Assembly (NCBI GenBank): GCA_951406725.2
Contig: OX597818.1
Span: 143,468,001-143,532,000, forward strand
From: Octopus vulgaris
Taxonomy: Eukaryota
Direction of reading: 5' to 3'
Length of the DNA stretch: 64,000 nt
Shown here: piece by piece, positions 24,004 to 38,414 of the stretch
How positions within the stretch are numbered: the first letter of the stretch is position 1
How the letters are laid out: every line of letters starts with the position of its first letter
Position numbers and translations under genes: made by a program
Notes under the pieces: model-generated
Databases searched by the model: none
What the model saw: the letters and a program-made list of their open reading frames with translations, nothing else
What the model was told of the DNA's origin: nothing

Positions 24004-26756
24004 TTATCAAAGACATTCCAGCTGTGACACCTGATCAAAGGATGAGGTGATCAAAGCAAGGAATGGCTTATGTAGAACTACATTACTTGTATGTCTTTCC
24101 CTTTTTCAAGGAATGTGGTTGAGATTTGGTTGCTATTTCTTGTAGATCAAGTGAAAACATGGAGGCTTCCTCATTCATAGGGGTGTAATTAATAATTTGA
24201 GCAAATAGAAATTAAAAATTTTAGACTACCCAGAATGCTGGATGTAAGAATAGTTTCTATTAATTTGGTAGCAAAATCAATATTGATAGTTGTATTATAG
24301 CAACTACACTTTATATCTAAAGTAAGACATCTTAATATTACTTCTCCGGTTGATAGGAAATGTTCTCTCCAGACAAAGTGAACTCTAGATTATGTAAGAA
24401 ATATAATTCTGCATGACAGTGAAACAGAGTAGTAATTCCTAAATTTATTTTGGCAATGAACCCTTATACAATTTTCCAAAAATCACAGAAGCCATACCTA
24501 TATTTTACAGACAACCCCTAACACCTTAATTTTAATTAGGTATTAATGAATCAAATGTTGCTGCACATAAGAATGTATTATTTTGAAAATGGTGAATAGC
24601 ATTGTTTTTCATAAAATTAATTTTTTATAAAAGTTTATTGAAAGACACCTTATTTCATGGAACCTCAGAGTCTTTTTTTTCTAGAACCTACTTTGAGAAA
24701 CACTGTTAAAAGGAATCTGTTACAATAGGATAGCTATCTGGAAAGTCTATAAGTCTGAATTTAAATTTGCTCAAATTATCCCATAGTTCACTACAAGTGA
24801 TGCACCAGAGATTTTGAGTCATTGTTAGTTTAAAAGAAATTGCTCCAAATCTATTCTGATCCATTATTTTCACTTTTTCTTTTTTATTTTTTTATTTTTT
24901 CTCATTTACTTAGAAGGAAAGGTCATGTCTATGGATCTTTACAGAGCCTCTGAATACTGGTTGGTAGGAGGGAGGAAGGGATTCCCAAACAGGTAAAATA
25001 GCCTGAATGTGTGCCAATGTTCTAATGACTCAGCTAATTCACTGCCCTAATCGTATGAGTTCCTTTATCTACTTCCCTTCGCTATAGCTACAATAGCTTC
25101 TAAGTGGACTCCAGTATTCAATGTCAATCTTCAAAGTTGCAAACTTGTGTAATTCTAAATAACAATTTGCAATAATAACCAGGTTGTCAACATACACACA
25201 TTGTCACGGACTTCTACACTTGAAATCCATAAACTTCATCAAAGAGAGAACTGAAGATAGGGTACTCATCAGATACATATACATACACTCACACATACAT
25301 ACACGCGCACACACACGCATATGTGTGTGTGTGTGTGTGTACACGAAGGGCTCCTTTCATGTTCCGTCTACTAAATCCACACACAAGCCTTTGGTCGGTT
25401 CGAGGCTATAGTAGAAGACATTAGTTACCAAGTGGGACTGAACCCAGGACCATATGGTTGGGAATCAACCTTCTTTTTTAACCTATTTACATCTATGACT
25501 TAATTAAACCGGAAGCATAAGCAGCAGTAGTGTTTTGGAGACAAGCTAATTAATTTGTGTGCATAAATTTAAAGTCTTAAGAATGAAACTGAAACTTTCT
25601 ACTTTATAAAATAAATGTATAGAAATATATTTCAGTGGATATTAAAATATGTACAAAAGCATGTCAGCAAATCCACAAAAATATATATAAAACACAGTTC
25701 GTGTGTGTTTTATGATTTAATACCTTTCAATTTACCCGTATTAACAGTTTATACGTAATTCTTGAGAATTTAAAAGCAAGAAAGTATTATTAGCTGTGAG
25801 AAACAATTTCCTATTTCACCTACAAAAATAGAAGTAAACAAATGAAAAGCACAGAGAAATTGGTAAAACTACGATCAACAACGTTCCAATCATGACTGTC
25901 TTTTTATTTTTTAGGCTTACAAATATAAATCATCCCTTTCTTGAAGTAGGTGGGCGTGATTTGTGGACGACTTGGCGCTGCTATCTCTAGCAAAGAATGT
26001 GTTTACGTAGCGTTGCTCGCTATAGATTTACTTCCCAACGTGCCTTAAAAAATTAACTGCGAGCAACCAGGGGAACCTCTACTTCCCCAAAACACAGCTG
26101 CTTGCTTTTACTTCAGGTTTAAATAAAACTAAGAAAGGAGTGTGAAGCGGTGAGCATTAAAAATATCAGAAAAACGAAATAGCTTCATTTGATAATATCG
26201 TGAAAGCTTCTTTCACGATAATTTTCATAACTGATATTAATTACATGTGCGCAGAGAGAGAGAAGAAAAAAACTACATTGTTTACTTTTGTATCCAGTGA
26301 TTAATAATCTTTTCTACTCTAGGCACAAGGCCCGAAATTTGGGGGGAGGGGGCAGTCGATTAGATCGACCCCAGTACGCAACAGGTACCTAATTTATCGA
26401 CAACGAAAGGACAGAAGGCAAAAAAATAAAAACGCAGTTGTTTCTAACAAAGTAGACTAATGGGAACCAACGAAGGAAGCGGTACACTCGACCTACTAGA
26501 AATAGCAGACAAGTATCCTCAATTACACCCAACCAGCTTTTTTAAAAAAAAAAAGAAAAAAAAGACACATTAACTAATGTAGTTCTACATAAACCTAAAA
26601 TGACAGGATAGTCATGGCCTAGGGCTAAACAAAATGTAATGTTTATGTTCAAATGAATCTTTGAACCTGGGTATTACCCATAGAAAATTAACGGGTAAAA
26701 ATAAAAGCAAACAACGAAAGAAATACGCAGTTAAGATTAGTTAAGTTAGTGTTAAC

Positions 26757-26820
<64 letters not shown>

Positions 26821-26977
26821 TAACAATAACGTCAATATTGAAAGCTTTTCTTTATAAACATCTACCAAGACGGCTCTAAAGCGATATATAACGAAGGGCT
26901 CGGCCTGAAATTCATGAATCGAAAACATTTCTTAGTGAGGCTCTCTTATTAACATTATTTTATTCTATTAGGTTTAC

Positions 26978-27230
26978 CTTAAGTTTTTTTTCTGATTGTT
27001 TAACCACAGATTAGCGCTGGTCTAGTAGATTAATCCCCCAAAATGGCTCTAACAGTAATTTTCCTGACTACGTATATATATATATCAGGCACATTACACC
27101 GGTCGAGTGACACACGCACTGTTCTCGTTTTAAATTGAACCTACCGAGAGTCACACATGTCTCAAGTGGTCGGGCAAGTCTATTCGTCGCCGCACTACAC
27201 GGGACACAATTACTTTTCGTTCGGCAGCTC
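26978..27230 (-). promoter_or_regulatory. Candidate non-coding first exon/promoter of STEAP
   Basis: Locally CpG-rich unique sequence with a minus-strand donor AAG|GTAAAC at 26978/26977. Speculative. Confidence 0.3.
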
Positions 27231-27387
27231 AGAATTTTGTATCTTTAATTTCTTTTTCTGACACTTAGACTTTGCTAAAAATAATAATCAACTCTTCTCC
27301 TGCAGAAGATAGAGACCGACTCACTTTTAATTTCCTCATTTTGGGATATTTTCTGTTAAGCTCACACTTTTCAATTTTTTAAAAATC

Positions 27388-27749
27388 TTTTACTTGACTG
27401 CGGCCATGCTGAGGCACCACCTTGAAAGGTTTCAGTCGAACAAATCTATCCCTGAACTTACTTTTTCAAACATATTACTTATTCTATCGACCTCTTTTGT
27501 CGAACAGCTAGATCACGGGGACGTAAACACACTAACATCGGTTTTCAAGAGGCGGTGGTGGTGAGAGACAAACACAAACACACACATACACACACACGAT
27601 GGGATTCTTTCAGTTTCCGTCTACCAAATCCACTCAGAAGGCTTTGGTTGGCTCGAGGCTATAATAGAAGACACTTGCCCAAGGTACCATGCAGTGGGAC
27701 TGAACCCAGAACCAGGCGGTTGGGAAGAAGGTTTCTTACCACACAGCCG
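27388..27749 (-). mobile_element. SINE family A, diverged
   Basis: Homologous to other family A copies. Confidence 0.8.
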
Positions 27750-28319
27750 TTCCAATTGATATCCAACTTGGTGCACTGATGTAATTTTGTATGCTAATTA
27801 TGGAAATGAAATTCATTTTTGTCCTAAATTAATAAACAAAAAGTTAATATCTTTTAAAGTTTGCAAATATCGGGTAATTCTAGCGAATCGAGGCCACAAA
27901 CATATTGGTGCCTGCTTGCATAGTAACAAGCCAAGGTAGAGTTTGCTAACCGAGGAAGTGTGCTACCTGTTCAATTATTGCTAACCCGGAATTAAATAAT
28001 AGCAACAAACAGCAGCGTTAAGAGCAACGAAGCTCGCTCCTTCAGCTGCAAGTATCAGTCCCAAAGTAACTTTAACAGTATTTTCAGTATGTCTATGCGA
28101 GGAAGATGGCAATAGTAGTAGCAGCTTCTAACTAGTGATCGATGTATGAATATTAAGTACTTATGCATGGCTCCCTTTCTTTTTTCATATTAGAATCCCC
28201 AGAAAGAAAATGTTGATTTCTAACAGAGAAGCAGAAGTTCCAAGTGGAATTTTGATAACGATAACAAGTGTTACATGTTTATGCGAAGGGCAAGAATGAA
28301 GTTGCCTGTCTCAGCTTTC

Positions 28320-28742
28320 ACAGCTCTGTGACACTGTTCTCAATAATCTCTTGAAAGGATAGGACACTGGCTGCGTAAACGACGATCTTGCTAAGGCGTT
28401 TGACATGCTTGATCATGGAATCATCTATCATAAGGTAAGGGATCTTGGTATCAGGAAAACTTGTAGATGGCTCTTTGACTTCTTACAGGGTAGGAATCAA
28501 TCTGTTGTTGCAAACGGTTTTCTCTCTGCAAAGTCACCTGTAGTAAGTGGTATACCACAGAGAACGGTTTTAAGACAATTACTATTTATAATCACCCTAT
28601 CAGGTGCACTCAGCCAACCTGACGTGCTACACCAATAACACAAAAATATCGATGGCTATCCAAACTCCAGAAGATACCGTCATACCCTAAAATGAACTAA
28701 ACCTAATTAATAAATGGGCTGATAAAAACAATTTGAAACTTT
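28320..28742 (+). mobile_element. Decayed CR1-like RT fragment
   Basis: DLAKAFDMLDH...WLFDFLQGRNQSVVANG...SGIPQRTVL. Similar to 34591-35064. Confidence 0.75.
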
Positions 28743-29909
28743 AAAATACGTGCATTGAATACAGAATTACTGCACGGATAAAGTCCATGTAACAATGATT
28801 AAGCAATGAGTTTGTAAGAAATCCAAAACATTGATATGAATACTAGATAATGCGTCTACTGCAGAATTTTCAGTATCCTTGATATGACGTATATCCACAG
28901 TAAACTGTGCAACATAACCAAGATGTCTAAAGTCTCTTGGGGAGTATTTATCTGTTTTAGATTGTAACGTGTAGGCTAATGGTTTATGATCAGTATAAAC
29001 ACTGAAGGTTCTTCCTTCCAGTTGGTGGGAGCGCTTTACTGATAAATAGGCTGCTCCCGTATTTTACAAGAACCGATATTTGGAGACCGTGTCGTAAAAG
29101 ACGCGACTTACTGAAGACACGCCAAATGATGTCGCGCTTTATCCCTGGCGCTACCGGTTTTCCGCTAATTTGAAAGAACTTGGTTGAGTACATCTGTGTG
29201 CGTTAGCACCAAAAACAGTTGTGGTACCAACAAACTATCGTGGATGTCTCGTGAGGACCGAATGAACGATTTGTTGAAGTTCTTTGGTAACGAGAATTCG
29301 AGTGCACAGACCACCAAAGTAAGTGCAATTTCACGAGTCTATCTGTCGGAGCCTGAACTTTGACTTCAGTTGTCTTACGAAAGGCCGCCAATTCAGAGGA
29401 AATAGAAAAGACAAAGGTAGAAGGATGGGTTTATGCGTTAGAAGTATTGGAAGATGAAATATCTATATCATCTGCAAGTCGGCTTAGCAGTAGAATTCTG
29501 CTGTCTTATAAGTGTTAAAACTGCTTCCACGTCTGACATTAAGCGCGAGAAAATAAACGTCTCAACATCGACTTTTCAAGCGGCTCATACTCAACTAATT
29601 CTTCCATTCTTTTCACAGTTGGGAAGGCGTCTTACCACCCAAAATCTTATGAAGAAGTTGGTGAAAATGCTTTTATTTGGATGTAGAAGTAAGTCGCAAA
29701 ATCTCTTTCATATTCTGATAAGATATGGAGTCGGAAGGGCTCGTGATATGATCTTTGACTTCATTGCATAAACCAGGAGGAACACTGACTCAAATGTGAA
29801 GTTGGTGCGTATGCGAAGAAAACACAAGATAAGGTAAATTTGTCACTTCAGCTCTCCAGAAAACAGACCCATACACATTAAAATCCACTCCTAGACATCA
29901 GAAAGAGCA

Positions 29910-29965
29910 TGCCCCAGCATGGCCGCGGCCTTCGGGCTAAAACATTTTTAAGGATTAAAGGATTT
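29910..29965 (+). mobile_element. 56-bp extreme 3' end of the LINE family seen at 3058-3324
   Basis: TGCCCCAGCATGGCCGCGGCCTTCGGGCTAAAACATTTTTAAGGATT is identical to about 3264-3310. Confidence 0.85.
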
Positions 29966-30099
29966 ATCTCGCTCAAATAAAAGAGGATCGGGGGAAAATG
30001 GCACAAGATATGAAATTAAAGAAACTCGACTAAATAATAAAAAAAAAACACAAACTCCACATAAAGTATTCTCTAAAGGTTCTTCACGATCTCCTAGAG

Positions 30100-30306
30100 C
30101 AGGGGTAGGCAAACTACGGCCCGCCATAGGTTTTCATGCGGCCCGCCGAGAGCTTTTATGAATTCCAACTTCTATGCAGATAATGCGTAACTGTTTCAGT
30201 TGTACGGTAATTCACAATATTTTCACTTGATTTTTATAAATGAGGCCCGCCAAGGTTCCAAAGACACACTGTGCGGCCCGCGATCAAAAAAGTTCGCCCA
30301 CCCCTG
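30100..30306. mobile_element. hAT (Charlie-like) MITE
   Basis: TIRs CAGGGGTAGGCAAACT and AGTTCGCCCACCCCTG, a perfect 8-bp TSD TCCTAGAG, and subterminal GGCCCGC repeats. Confidence 0.92.
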
Positions 30307-30782
30307 TCCTAGAGTGTCTCTCTTCGTGATATATTTACGCTCCGTGCAGTTTAAGAGAAGAAATTATTGAAATAAGCCATTACTCATTTTACCCCATTCT
30401 AGACATCGTTTTTTGAAACTTGAGCGTTACCAAATTGGACTGAAATCAGAAGTTACCACCACCACCACATATAAATTTACTTTCTTGTCTGGGCAAGAAA
30501 GTAAATTTTGAACGCAGTATAGCTGTGAAAAGAGTAGAAAGAGTGTGTATTCAAAAAGTTGCCAACAGGTACCTGCACCCCTCAAGATATTGGCCGAGTG
30601 CTCTATCATTAAATTAAACGGTCCTGTGACAACAGATAGCGTCAATTTTGAAGCTAAACAAAAACGTTTTCGAATGCGACAACATTTTATAAATAAACTT
30701 TGGAAGTGAATGCTTTTGGTATTTTACAGACAAGAATGTAAACTTCGAACGCAGTATAGCTTTGAAAACAGCAGAAAGGTTG

Positions 30783-30813
<31 letters not shown>

Positions 30814-31108
30814 TGTGTGTGTGTATGCATGTATGTATGTGTGTGTGTGTGCATGCATGTATAAACAAACTTACTTGAAAATGGATGCATGGTGTTCAAT
30901 CATATAATAATATAAATAAAAAATATATATGCGTATAATGGGTACAGGATGTCCCAAAACGTAAACAACATGAAATACGAAAACAAACTTGGGTATGCGA
31001 ACAACGAGAGAAACAAATGGAAAACAAGTCAAGTAACATAAAGAACGACACTTCATCAGTTGTCGGCTGTCCATGTACTCCTCATTTCGAGCGTTTGCTC
31101 GAAATGCA

Positions 31109-31647
31109 TATATTTGAAAGAATTCAACGAATTGGAGGCATGGCTGCTCTCGATTATTGGGATCGCCTTAAAGCCTTGAAACTCTACTCTCTCGAGCGTC
31201 GCCGTGAGCGGTACATCATTTGTACGATGTGGAGAATATACCGCCAACTTTGCCCAAACGACCTGAACATTAGCTTCAAGGTTCATCCAAGACTGGGACC
31301 ACGGGCCATACGTCCCCTGCCCAATTCAAGATCACAGCATACATGTACACTGCAACATAATTTCTTTTCCTCAACAGGCCCTGCCCTATTTAACATTGTC
31401 CCGAAAGAGATCAAAGAGGAAAAGGATCCCATCAACTTTAAACGGAGTCTGGATAGATTCCTTCAAAGAATACCAGACAAGCCACCCATAATTGGATACA
31501 ACTCACCCAACAAGAACTCACTACTTGAACAAAACTTGACTTAAACAAAACTTGACTTAAACAGGATTCGAATAATCCTATCAGGTGGTGCTATTAAGTT
31601 AGACATGGCCTGGACCAATCTTTGGTCGAAACATATCTAAGTTTTTT
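31109..31647 (+). mobile_element. 5'-truncated CR1-like LINE 3' end (related to 3823-4120)
   Basis: LDYWDRLKALKLYSLERRRERY...GPALFN...PDKP...KNSL. The UTR shares GGTGGTGCTATTAAGTTAGACATGGCCTGG and ends in (TA)n. Confidence 0.88.
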
Positions 31648-32205
31648 TATATATATATATATATATATATAAAATAACAAAATAATAAATAAAACATATG
31701 CATATATACATACATATATGTACGTACCTACATCTATATGTATATATACATGCATATATGGGTACAGGACACCAAAAAAAAAAAACGTCGAACACAATGA
31801 GAAACGAAAACATACAAACAAAACCAAGAAAACGGACATTTTTTTAAACAACGAAAAAACAGGGTACAAGACATACAACGCAAGGGACATTCCCCTTCTT
31901 CGGCCGCCTCTGTTTCGTCTACTCCGTGTTTCGAAGGTTATATATATATTCTTTCAAATATAAGCACAAGGTCAGGTTCATGTATTAAATGAAGTTTTGG
32001 TGAAGCATTGTGTGATATTATGTTAAAGAGACTTGGCAAAGGCCGAACATTGCGAAAAATTATAAAGTAAACGACAAAAAGAAAAAACAACAAACCGAAG
32101 TTGTTATTTTTATCTTGTATTTCTAAAAAAATTTTCGACAAATAATAAAGCGTGATAAATGGCGAAATAAATTAATATTTGGGCCAGCAAATCCAAGGTT
32201 ATATA

Positions 32206-32410
32206 CACGAGGTGAGTGTTGAAAAGTTCCTGGCTTTGGGTAAAAGAAAAAACTGGATTATCAGTTAATATATTCCCCTCCCAGATTCGCACATTTATTG
32301 CAGAAGTCCTTCAGTTTTTCCAAGCTCTGTAAAAGAATCGGAAATCTGGATCTCCAAATAGGCCTTTTACGATATCCTTAACGCCAGAAACTTTTCAGCA
32401 TCCCCTCGTG
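32206..32410. mobile_element. Mariner-type MITE
   Basis: Imperfect TIRs CACGAGG..GTGTTGAAAAGTT and AACTTTTCAGCATCCCCTCGTG, with TA flanks. Confidence 0.75.
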
Positions 32411-32459
32411 TATATATATATATATATATAATATATATATGAGGCATATAGGCTGAACA

Positions 32460-32502
32460 GTCGTTGAAGAATTCACAGGATGTGTAACGAAAGAGCTCAG
32501 AC
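32460..32502 (+). ncRNA. Degenerate minimal hammerhead
   Basis: GTCG-TTGAAGA-ATTCAC(AGGAT)GTGTAAC-GAAA-GAGC-TC-AGAC. Confidence 0.45.
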
Positions 32503-32556
32503 AACGGACACTAAAGTAAGAACAATAATAAACCTGAAGAATTTCGCATATGTCAT

Positions 32557-32631
<75 letters not shown>

Positions 32632-32638
32632 ATATATA

Positions 32639-32679
<41 letters not shown>

Positions 32680-33889
32680 GTATGTATATACATATGCATA
32701 TATATGCATATACGGGTACAGTATGTATGCATGTATACAATCATATATATAAAACATTGATCGAAGAACAAACATCAAATTCGAGTCAACGACCTTATAT
32801 ATAACACCACACCTCCAAACATTTGATCATATATAAATATTACCATGGTCCTTAAATACATAAAGTATACAGATATAAAAAAAAAGCCACAGAAGATAAA
32901 AAATATATACGCGACTAAAACTGCAGATATATAGAACGGCCTATGAAGAAGGTAAATACATACTCGCTTAATGTGTATGAGAGAGACACAAAGTGGAAAG
33001 GGATAGAGAGGGAAAGAAAGAAATAGAGAGAGGGGGAAAGAGATAGGAAGTGGAGGAAGAGAGAACCAGTGAGAGAGAAGGAGGAGATGATAGTTTAGAG
33101 AAAATAACTTACAGATATTTTCTTCTCGACTCACACCACGATATCCATGAAGTTACTGCCTCGCATTAACTGTCTCTGAATTCAACTTTTGAATTTATAT
33201 TGTTGTACACACCTTGTTGAATGATGATCACGAGTTGCTTTTATTTTCGTTACAGTCGTATGAGATGAATGCAACGAGGTTTTTCCCGTTGTTATTTTGG
33301 TTTACAAAGTACCGGATATGAAGATGTTTGTTAAGCAAACAAACTTGATTTGTTGTGAAAAGACATTAAAGGAAAACTCGGAACATGATTGGTCGAATTC
33401 ACTCAAAGTTAAAAAAAAATGAAAATTACGTTCATCCTTTTCTGTGACACAAACGTATTTATTCATCGGAACTAAATGACCTTATGGGAGTGTGGAATTT
33501 GGGAAATTTCAATATATTCACCAAATTCGACGTATGTATAATAGGTCATATAGTTTGTTTTTTAAAAATGAATCGTGTCGCAACGTCGTCGGGTACTGAT
33601 TCCAGAGCGCATTAGACAGTGATGCTGATTGTGATAAACGAATGTGATGAGAAAATTTGTTCGAAATGTCTAAGTTTATTCTTCTAATGGTTTTAGTCGT
33701 ACCACTGCGACCATGCTGGAGCATCGCTTTGATTTATTTTCGTTGAGTTTTGTTGTCGCTTTATAGCTGGAAATTGGTCTATGATTGAGTTTGATCTTTC
33801 CCGAGTATATCATTGAATGATTGACTGGTCCGGTATCGACGTTAGGAGTTTATCCTGTGCTGTTGTTGTTGTTGTTGTTTTAATGTTTC

Positions 33890-35560
33890 AGTGGAGGTAA
33901 TTTGTATATTTCTCATTTCTTTAGGTAAGCAGTTGAACAATTGAACAATCTAAATACCAGACTGGTACAACAGAATGTTTTGCTCGTGATTTCTATGGTG
34001 TATATTTAGAAGCTGACTACCATTTCGTGTATTAAATTTTTATCTAATGCCGAAGTTTGAAGCACGCCCCCTCAGGATTTTCCATATGTATATAGTAGTA
34101 TATCTCTTTCTTCAGCGTTCAAGAGAGTAGAGAGGCAGAGTTTTTTGATGTTCCCAAGTAATTAAGGCTTTTAACCGAAGGTATTTTATTGGTGAATAAG
34201 GCGGCGAGATGGCAGAAACGTTAGCACGCCGGGCGAAATGCTTAGCAGTATTTCGTCTGCCGTTACGTTCTGAGTTCAAATTCCGCCGAGGTCGACTTTG
34301 CCTTTCATCCCTTCGGGGTCGATTAAATAAGTACCAGTTACGCACTGGGGTCGATATAATCGACTTAATCCGTTTGTCTGTCCTTGTTTGTCCTCTCTGT
34401 GTTTAAAGAAATAGGTATTATATTGGTGAACGTCCTTTGTAACCCTTCAATGTCTTCCATGAGACCGTATGAGTTAGGAGACCAAAGCTGTGAGCAGTAA
34501 TCTAATCTGCTCAGATTAGCAGCATACCTACCGGTTCTCTAGTCACGAAGGTTCGCAGGATCCATCCTACGAGATGTTTGTATTTAGAAGTCAGTTTGGA
34601 GATATGGCTGATGTATTATTTGGCATGATTACTTTTAAGTTCCGTATGGTATTAACGCTCTGAATTATTGTGTTATCTGGTGTCAAGTATTTTGATTTGT
34701 GTGTATTCACTCTGTAACGATGAACCTGCAATTTTGATGCATTAAATTTCATATTGCTTTTATCTGCCCATTGATAAATGAGGTTTTGCCCATTTTGGAG
34801 TATAACGGTATCTTCTGGGGTTTGGATAACCATCATTATTTTTGTGTCATCGGCATAACCCGCCAGGCTGGCCGAGTGAACTTGCGATCCTATATCTGAT
34901 GAGGTGATGATAAATGATAATATTCTTAGAACCTTTTCTTGGACTATACCAATTTTTGCAGGTAACTTAGAAAAGAGAAAACCATTTGCAGTAAGAGATT
35001 GGCTCCTACCGCATAGGGAGTCAAATAGCCATTCTCTGAGTTTTCTTGTGATACCAAAATCCATTAACTTGCGACAGATAATTTCATAATCAGTCTTGTC
35101 AGACGCTTCAGCAAAATCGAGGTATACTCATGCAGTGTCCTTTCCTCTCAAGAGATTATTGAGAATAGTATTACGGTGTTGTAATAGTTGTGACAAGGCA
35201 ACTTCGTCCAGTCTGAAAACCATGCCATGTGTTATTTAAGATGTTGTTTTTCTCAAAGTATGAAATTATTCTTTTTCGGACAATATGTTCGATAACTCTT
35301 GATGTGTGAGATGTGAGAGAAACAGATCCATAGTTTTTAGTTTCAGTCCTGCCACCTCCCTTGTATGTAGATAATACTGTTGCATCTTTTAGTAGGTCTG
35401 GAAATATGCCGGGATCAAGTAACTTTTGTTACTTGATAATGGGTTTGCGAGGCTGTTTTTGCACGTCTTTAACAGTATGGCAGGGAGATCACCTGGTCCA
35501 GATACTGAGTTTGAATATAGGTCATTAGTAGCAGTAAGTATACATCACCTTCCAAAATGT
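33890..35560 (-). mobile_element. Decayed CR1-like LINE ORF2, interrupted by a family B SINE
   Basis: YADDTK, WADKSNMKFNASK, KNYGSVSLTS and YCSQLWSP-like remnants. Confidence 0.8.
34199..34418 (+). mobile_element. SINE family B, young copy
   Basis: CpG-rich intact head. Flanked by an approximate TSD: TATTGGTGAA occurs before and after. Confidence 0.85.
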
Positions 35561-36532
35561 CGTTAATTTTTAAACAAGCAGTACCTGTGGAAATTCCACT
35601 CTAAATACAAATTTTTTTTAGATTGTTGTAAATTTATATAGAGCCACAAAAATTAGTGCTCCTTTATAAATTGTACATTCTACATTTATTTTCATCTAAA
35701 AACACCTTTCAGCTCTTCTGTATGAGGCTGTAATTGAAGAAGAATGACTTCCCCATTTTCTCAACAGTTTAGAGGTTCATTTACAAATCGAAGATCTTCA
35801 GTAATGATTAAAGAGAATATTCGTATCACCAGAGAATATTCGTTGTAACTTTCAACCATATGTTTTCAGTTTTTATTCAAAATTTTTTTTTTTTTTTTTT
35901 CACTTTCTCTCTCATCTTTCATTTTATATTCTATCTTGAACAGGTAAATACTCAATCTATATTCTTTGATGCTACCATGCTCATTCTAGTGATTTGATCC
36001 TCTGCTTCTCTTTACGACATTACCTATACCGTCTCATTCTTTCTCTTGTTATCTTGCATCATCTGTCATCCATATTTTATAAACGAATGTCTATTTTCAG
36101 GCCATCAGACGATAAATAATTGCACTTATGCGGCCAACCATGAAGAACAGATCAGTGATCATCCGGTACCGAAACAGCTATCCACTATCACTCAAAGAGT
36201 CCAACAAACACACTCAGTCACCAACGACATGAATCTACCAACTGTTACAAAACTCAAGACGGACGGATGGGATGGCCTTGAAGTCGAAGATTTTTAACTA
36301 ACGGAGACAATACTCGGATATCACCCGAGGATACACACCTGGAACTCATCGAAGGCTTTGGAACCTGCCTTTTTATAACCTAACCTACCCTATTTTCAAA
36401 GGCAGTGTCCAAAACTTGCACTTTAGTGAATTTAGTTCAAATAATGTTATATATCAGAATTATTATATTGCCGTTCAATTCATAAATATTTCCTCCTTTT
36501 AAAAGCGCTTTCTATTGACACACATACTATTT

Positions 36533-36930
36533 TTTACTCTTTTACTTGTTTCAGTCAACATGACTGTGGCCATGCTGGAGCACCGCCTTTTAGTCGATCA
36601 AATCGACCCCAGAACGTATTCTTTGTAAGCCTAGTACTTACTTTATCTGTCTCTTTTTTTGCCGAATCGCTAAGTTACGGGGACGTAAACCCACCAGCAT
36701 CGGTTGTCAAGCGATGTTGGGGGGACAAACACAGACACACAAACACATACATATATATATACATATACATATATACGACGGGTTTCTTTCAGTTTCCGTC
36801 TACCAAATCCACTCGCAAACCTTTGTTCGGTCCAAGGGTATAGTAGAAGACACTTACCCAAGGTGCCACGCAGTGGGACTGAACCCGGAACCATGTGGTT
36901 CGTAAGCAAGCTACTTACCACACAGCCACT
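36533..36930 (-). mobile_element. SINE family A
   Basis: Homologous to other family A copies. Confidence 0.85.
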
Positions 36931-37061
36931 CATATACATTAATCTTGGGAATGCAACAAAATCAGAATCTGGTAACTACTTCATGGTCCACGGAAGTTCA
37001 CGTGATTGTTCTTGCTTTACTCATGTTGGCTGTCCCGTTCACGAATTTTTTTTCCCACGAG

Positions 37062-37567
37062 AGTTCCGGATCCCAGTTATGAACTTATTTGCATACAGCC
37101 AATCAGAGCTCATCTATCAAACTAACTTATGAGCGCATATCGACTGATGGGCGATAAGATAAAGCCACTTGGGTAAGGAATGACCATGCTTCTTTTCCCT
37201 TTTAAGAATGTTGTTCTTGTTCTTGTTCCAACCATGGCTGCCTCTGCGTAGTTATTTGTGTTGCTGTTTACTTTGTAAAACAGTAAGGAAGAGGGTTGCT
37301 AGTACATCACCCTCTACCTGTATTTTCTCCATCTACATCGTTACCATATGGGGCCCTAACAAGATCCGATAATAGGTATAGATGCAAATCTACCTAATTA
37401 CTTGTCTCCTTCTAAAAATCTAGCATAACTTGGCGATCGGTCGACTTACAGCACTGTACCTTCGTCTTGAGTTTACTTGGTACAGTGTGTTTGTTAACTT
37501 GGCAACAAGGTCAAGGTGAACTCTGATTGGCTGTATGCAAATGAGTTCATTACTGGGGTCCGGAACT
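37062..37567. mobile_element. MITE-like element with ~52-bp imperfect terminal inverted repeats
   Basis: AGTTCCGGATCCCAGTTATGAACTTATTTGCATACAGCCAATCAGAG matches the reverse complement at about 37520-37567. Confidence 0.6.
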
Positions 37568-37895
37568 AAGAAGTGAATGCAGAGAGACTCAGTAGCTCAC
37601 TCAGTGTCCGGCGTGACAATAGCTCACTTAGCAACATTGTAACTTTGAAAGTAAGTTGATTTGTTTTTCTATCTCTCCTTTCCATTTTCATGAGATTGAC
37701 AATAAATAACAGAATTAATGCTTCATAATTTTATGGACTAGCAGTGCTAATAAAATATTGGGAAACTCGTGAAAATGGCCAAATGGTGCTACTTCTGGCA
37801 ATGCATGTATTTTCTGATTTTTATTTTTTACGTGGTGGTTGACTTGTGATGAGAACTGAGTTTGTATTTAAATCCGTCAATTTACGTGTGACTGG

Positions 37896-38412
37896 AGATG
37901 GCAGTAGTTCGCTTCTGCTCATAATATATATAAATTCGAGCGACTCACAGTCGCTGATTTTGCAGCAAGCTAAAAAGCTAGTTCTAAAATCTCTCTAAGA
38001 GATAATCGCAGTAATTGTGCTAGCAGGTAATGTTCGTAGCCACTTCAACATGGCTGTCTCGTTCGAACAGTCTTTACTGCGATTTTTAAACCCCAAGTGG
38101 ACATCTCTTCTAGCTGGTTAACGATGCACATCTCCATCCGATATATTGCGAGCAAGGGAACAAATCCCTACCACCTTCAAGCGACAGGACCAGCATACCA
38201 GCCTGGTTTCAGGCTATTTCTGCCTCCCTTCAGTACTGGACACCTCGCCTACTAGAGATTGCAGTAGCTCGCCTCTGCTCGCAATATATATAAATTCAAG
38301 CGACACAGAGTCGCTGATTTTGTAACAAGCTAAAATGCTAATTCTAAAATCTCTTTAAGAGATGAGCAGAGACGAGCTGCAGCCATCTCTAACAGACGAG
38401 GTGTCCAGTACT
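37896..38412 (-). mobile_element. Penelope-like ~360-bp tandem unit with hammerhead and terminal inversion
   Basis: Direct repeats at 37896 and 38255, hammerhead at 38190-38239 (-), and an inverted restart at about 38365-38412. Confidence 0.65.
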
Positions 38413-38414
38413 TT

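Noticed and set aside
36145-36190. GTGATCA...GAAACAGCT hammerhead-like string
   Set aside because: Stems I and II could not be formed.
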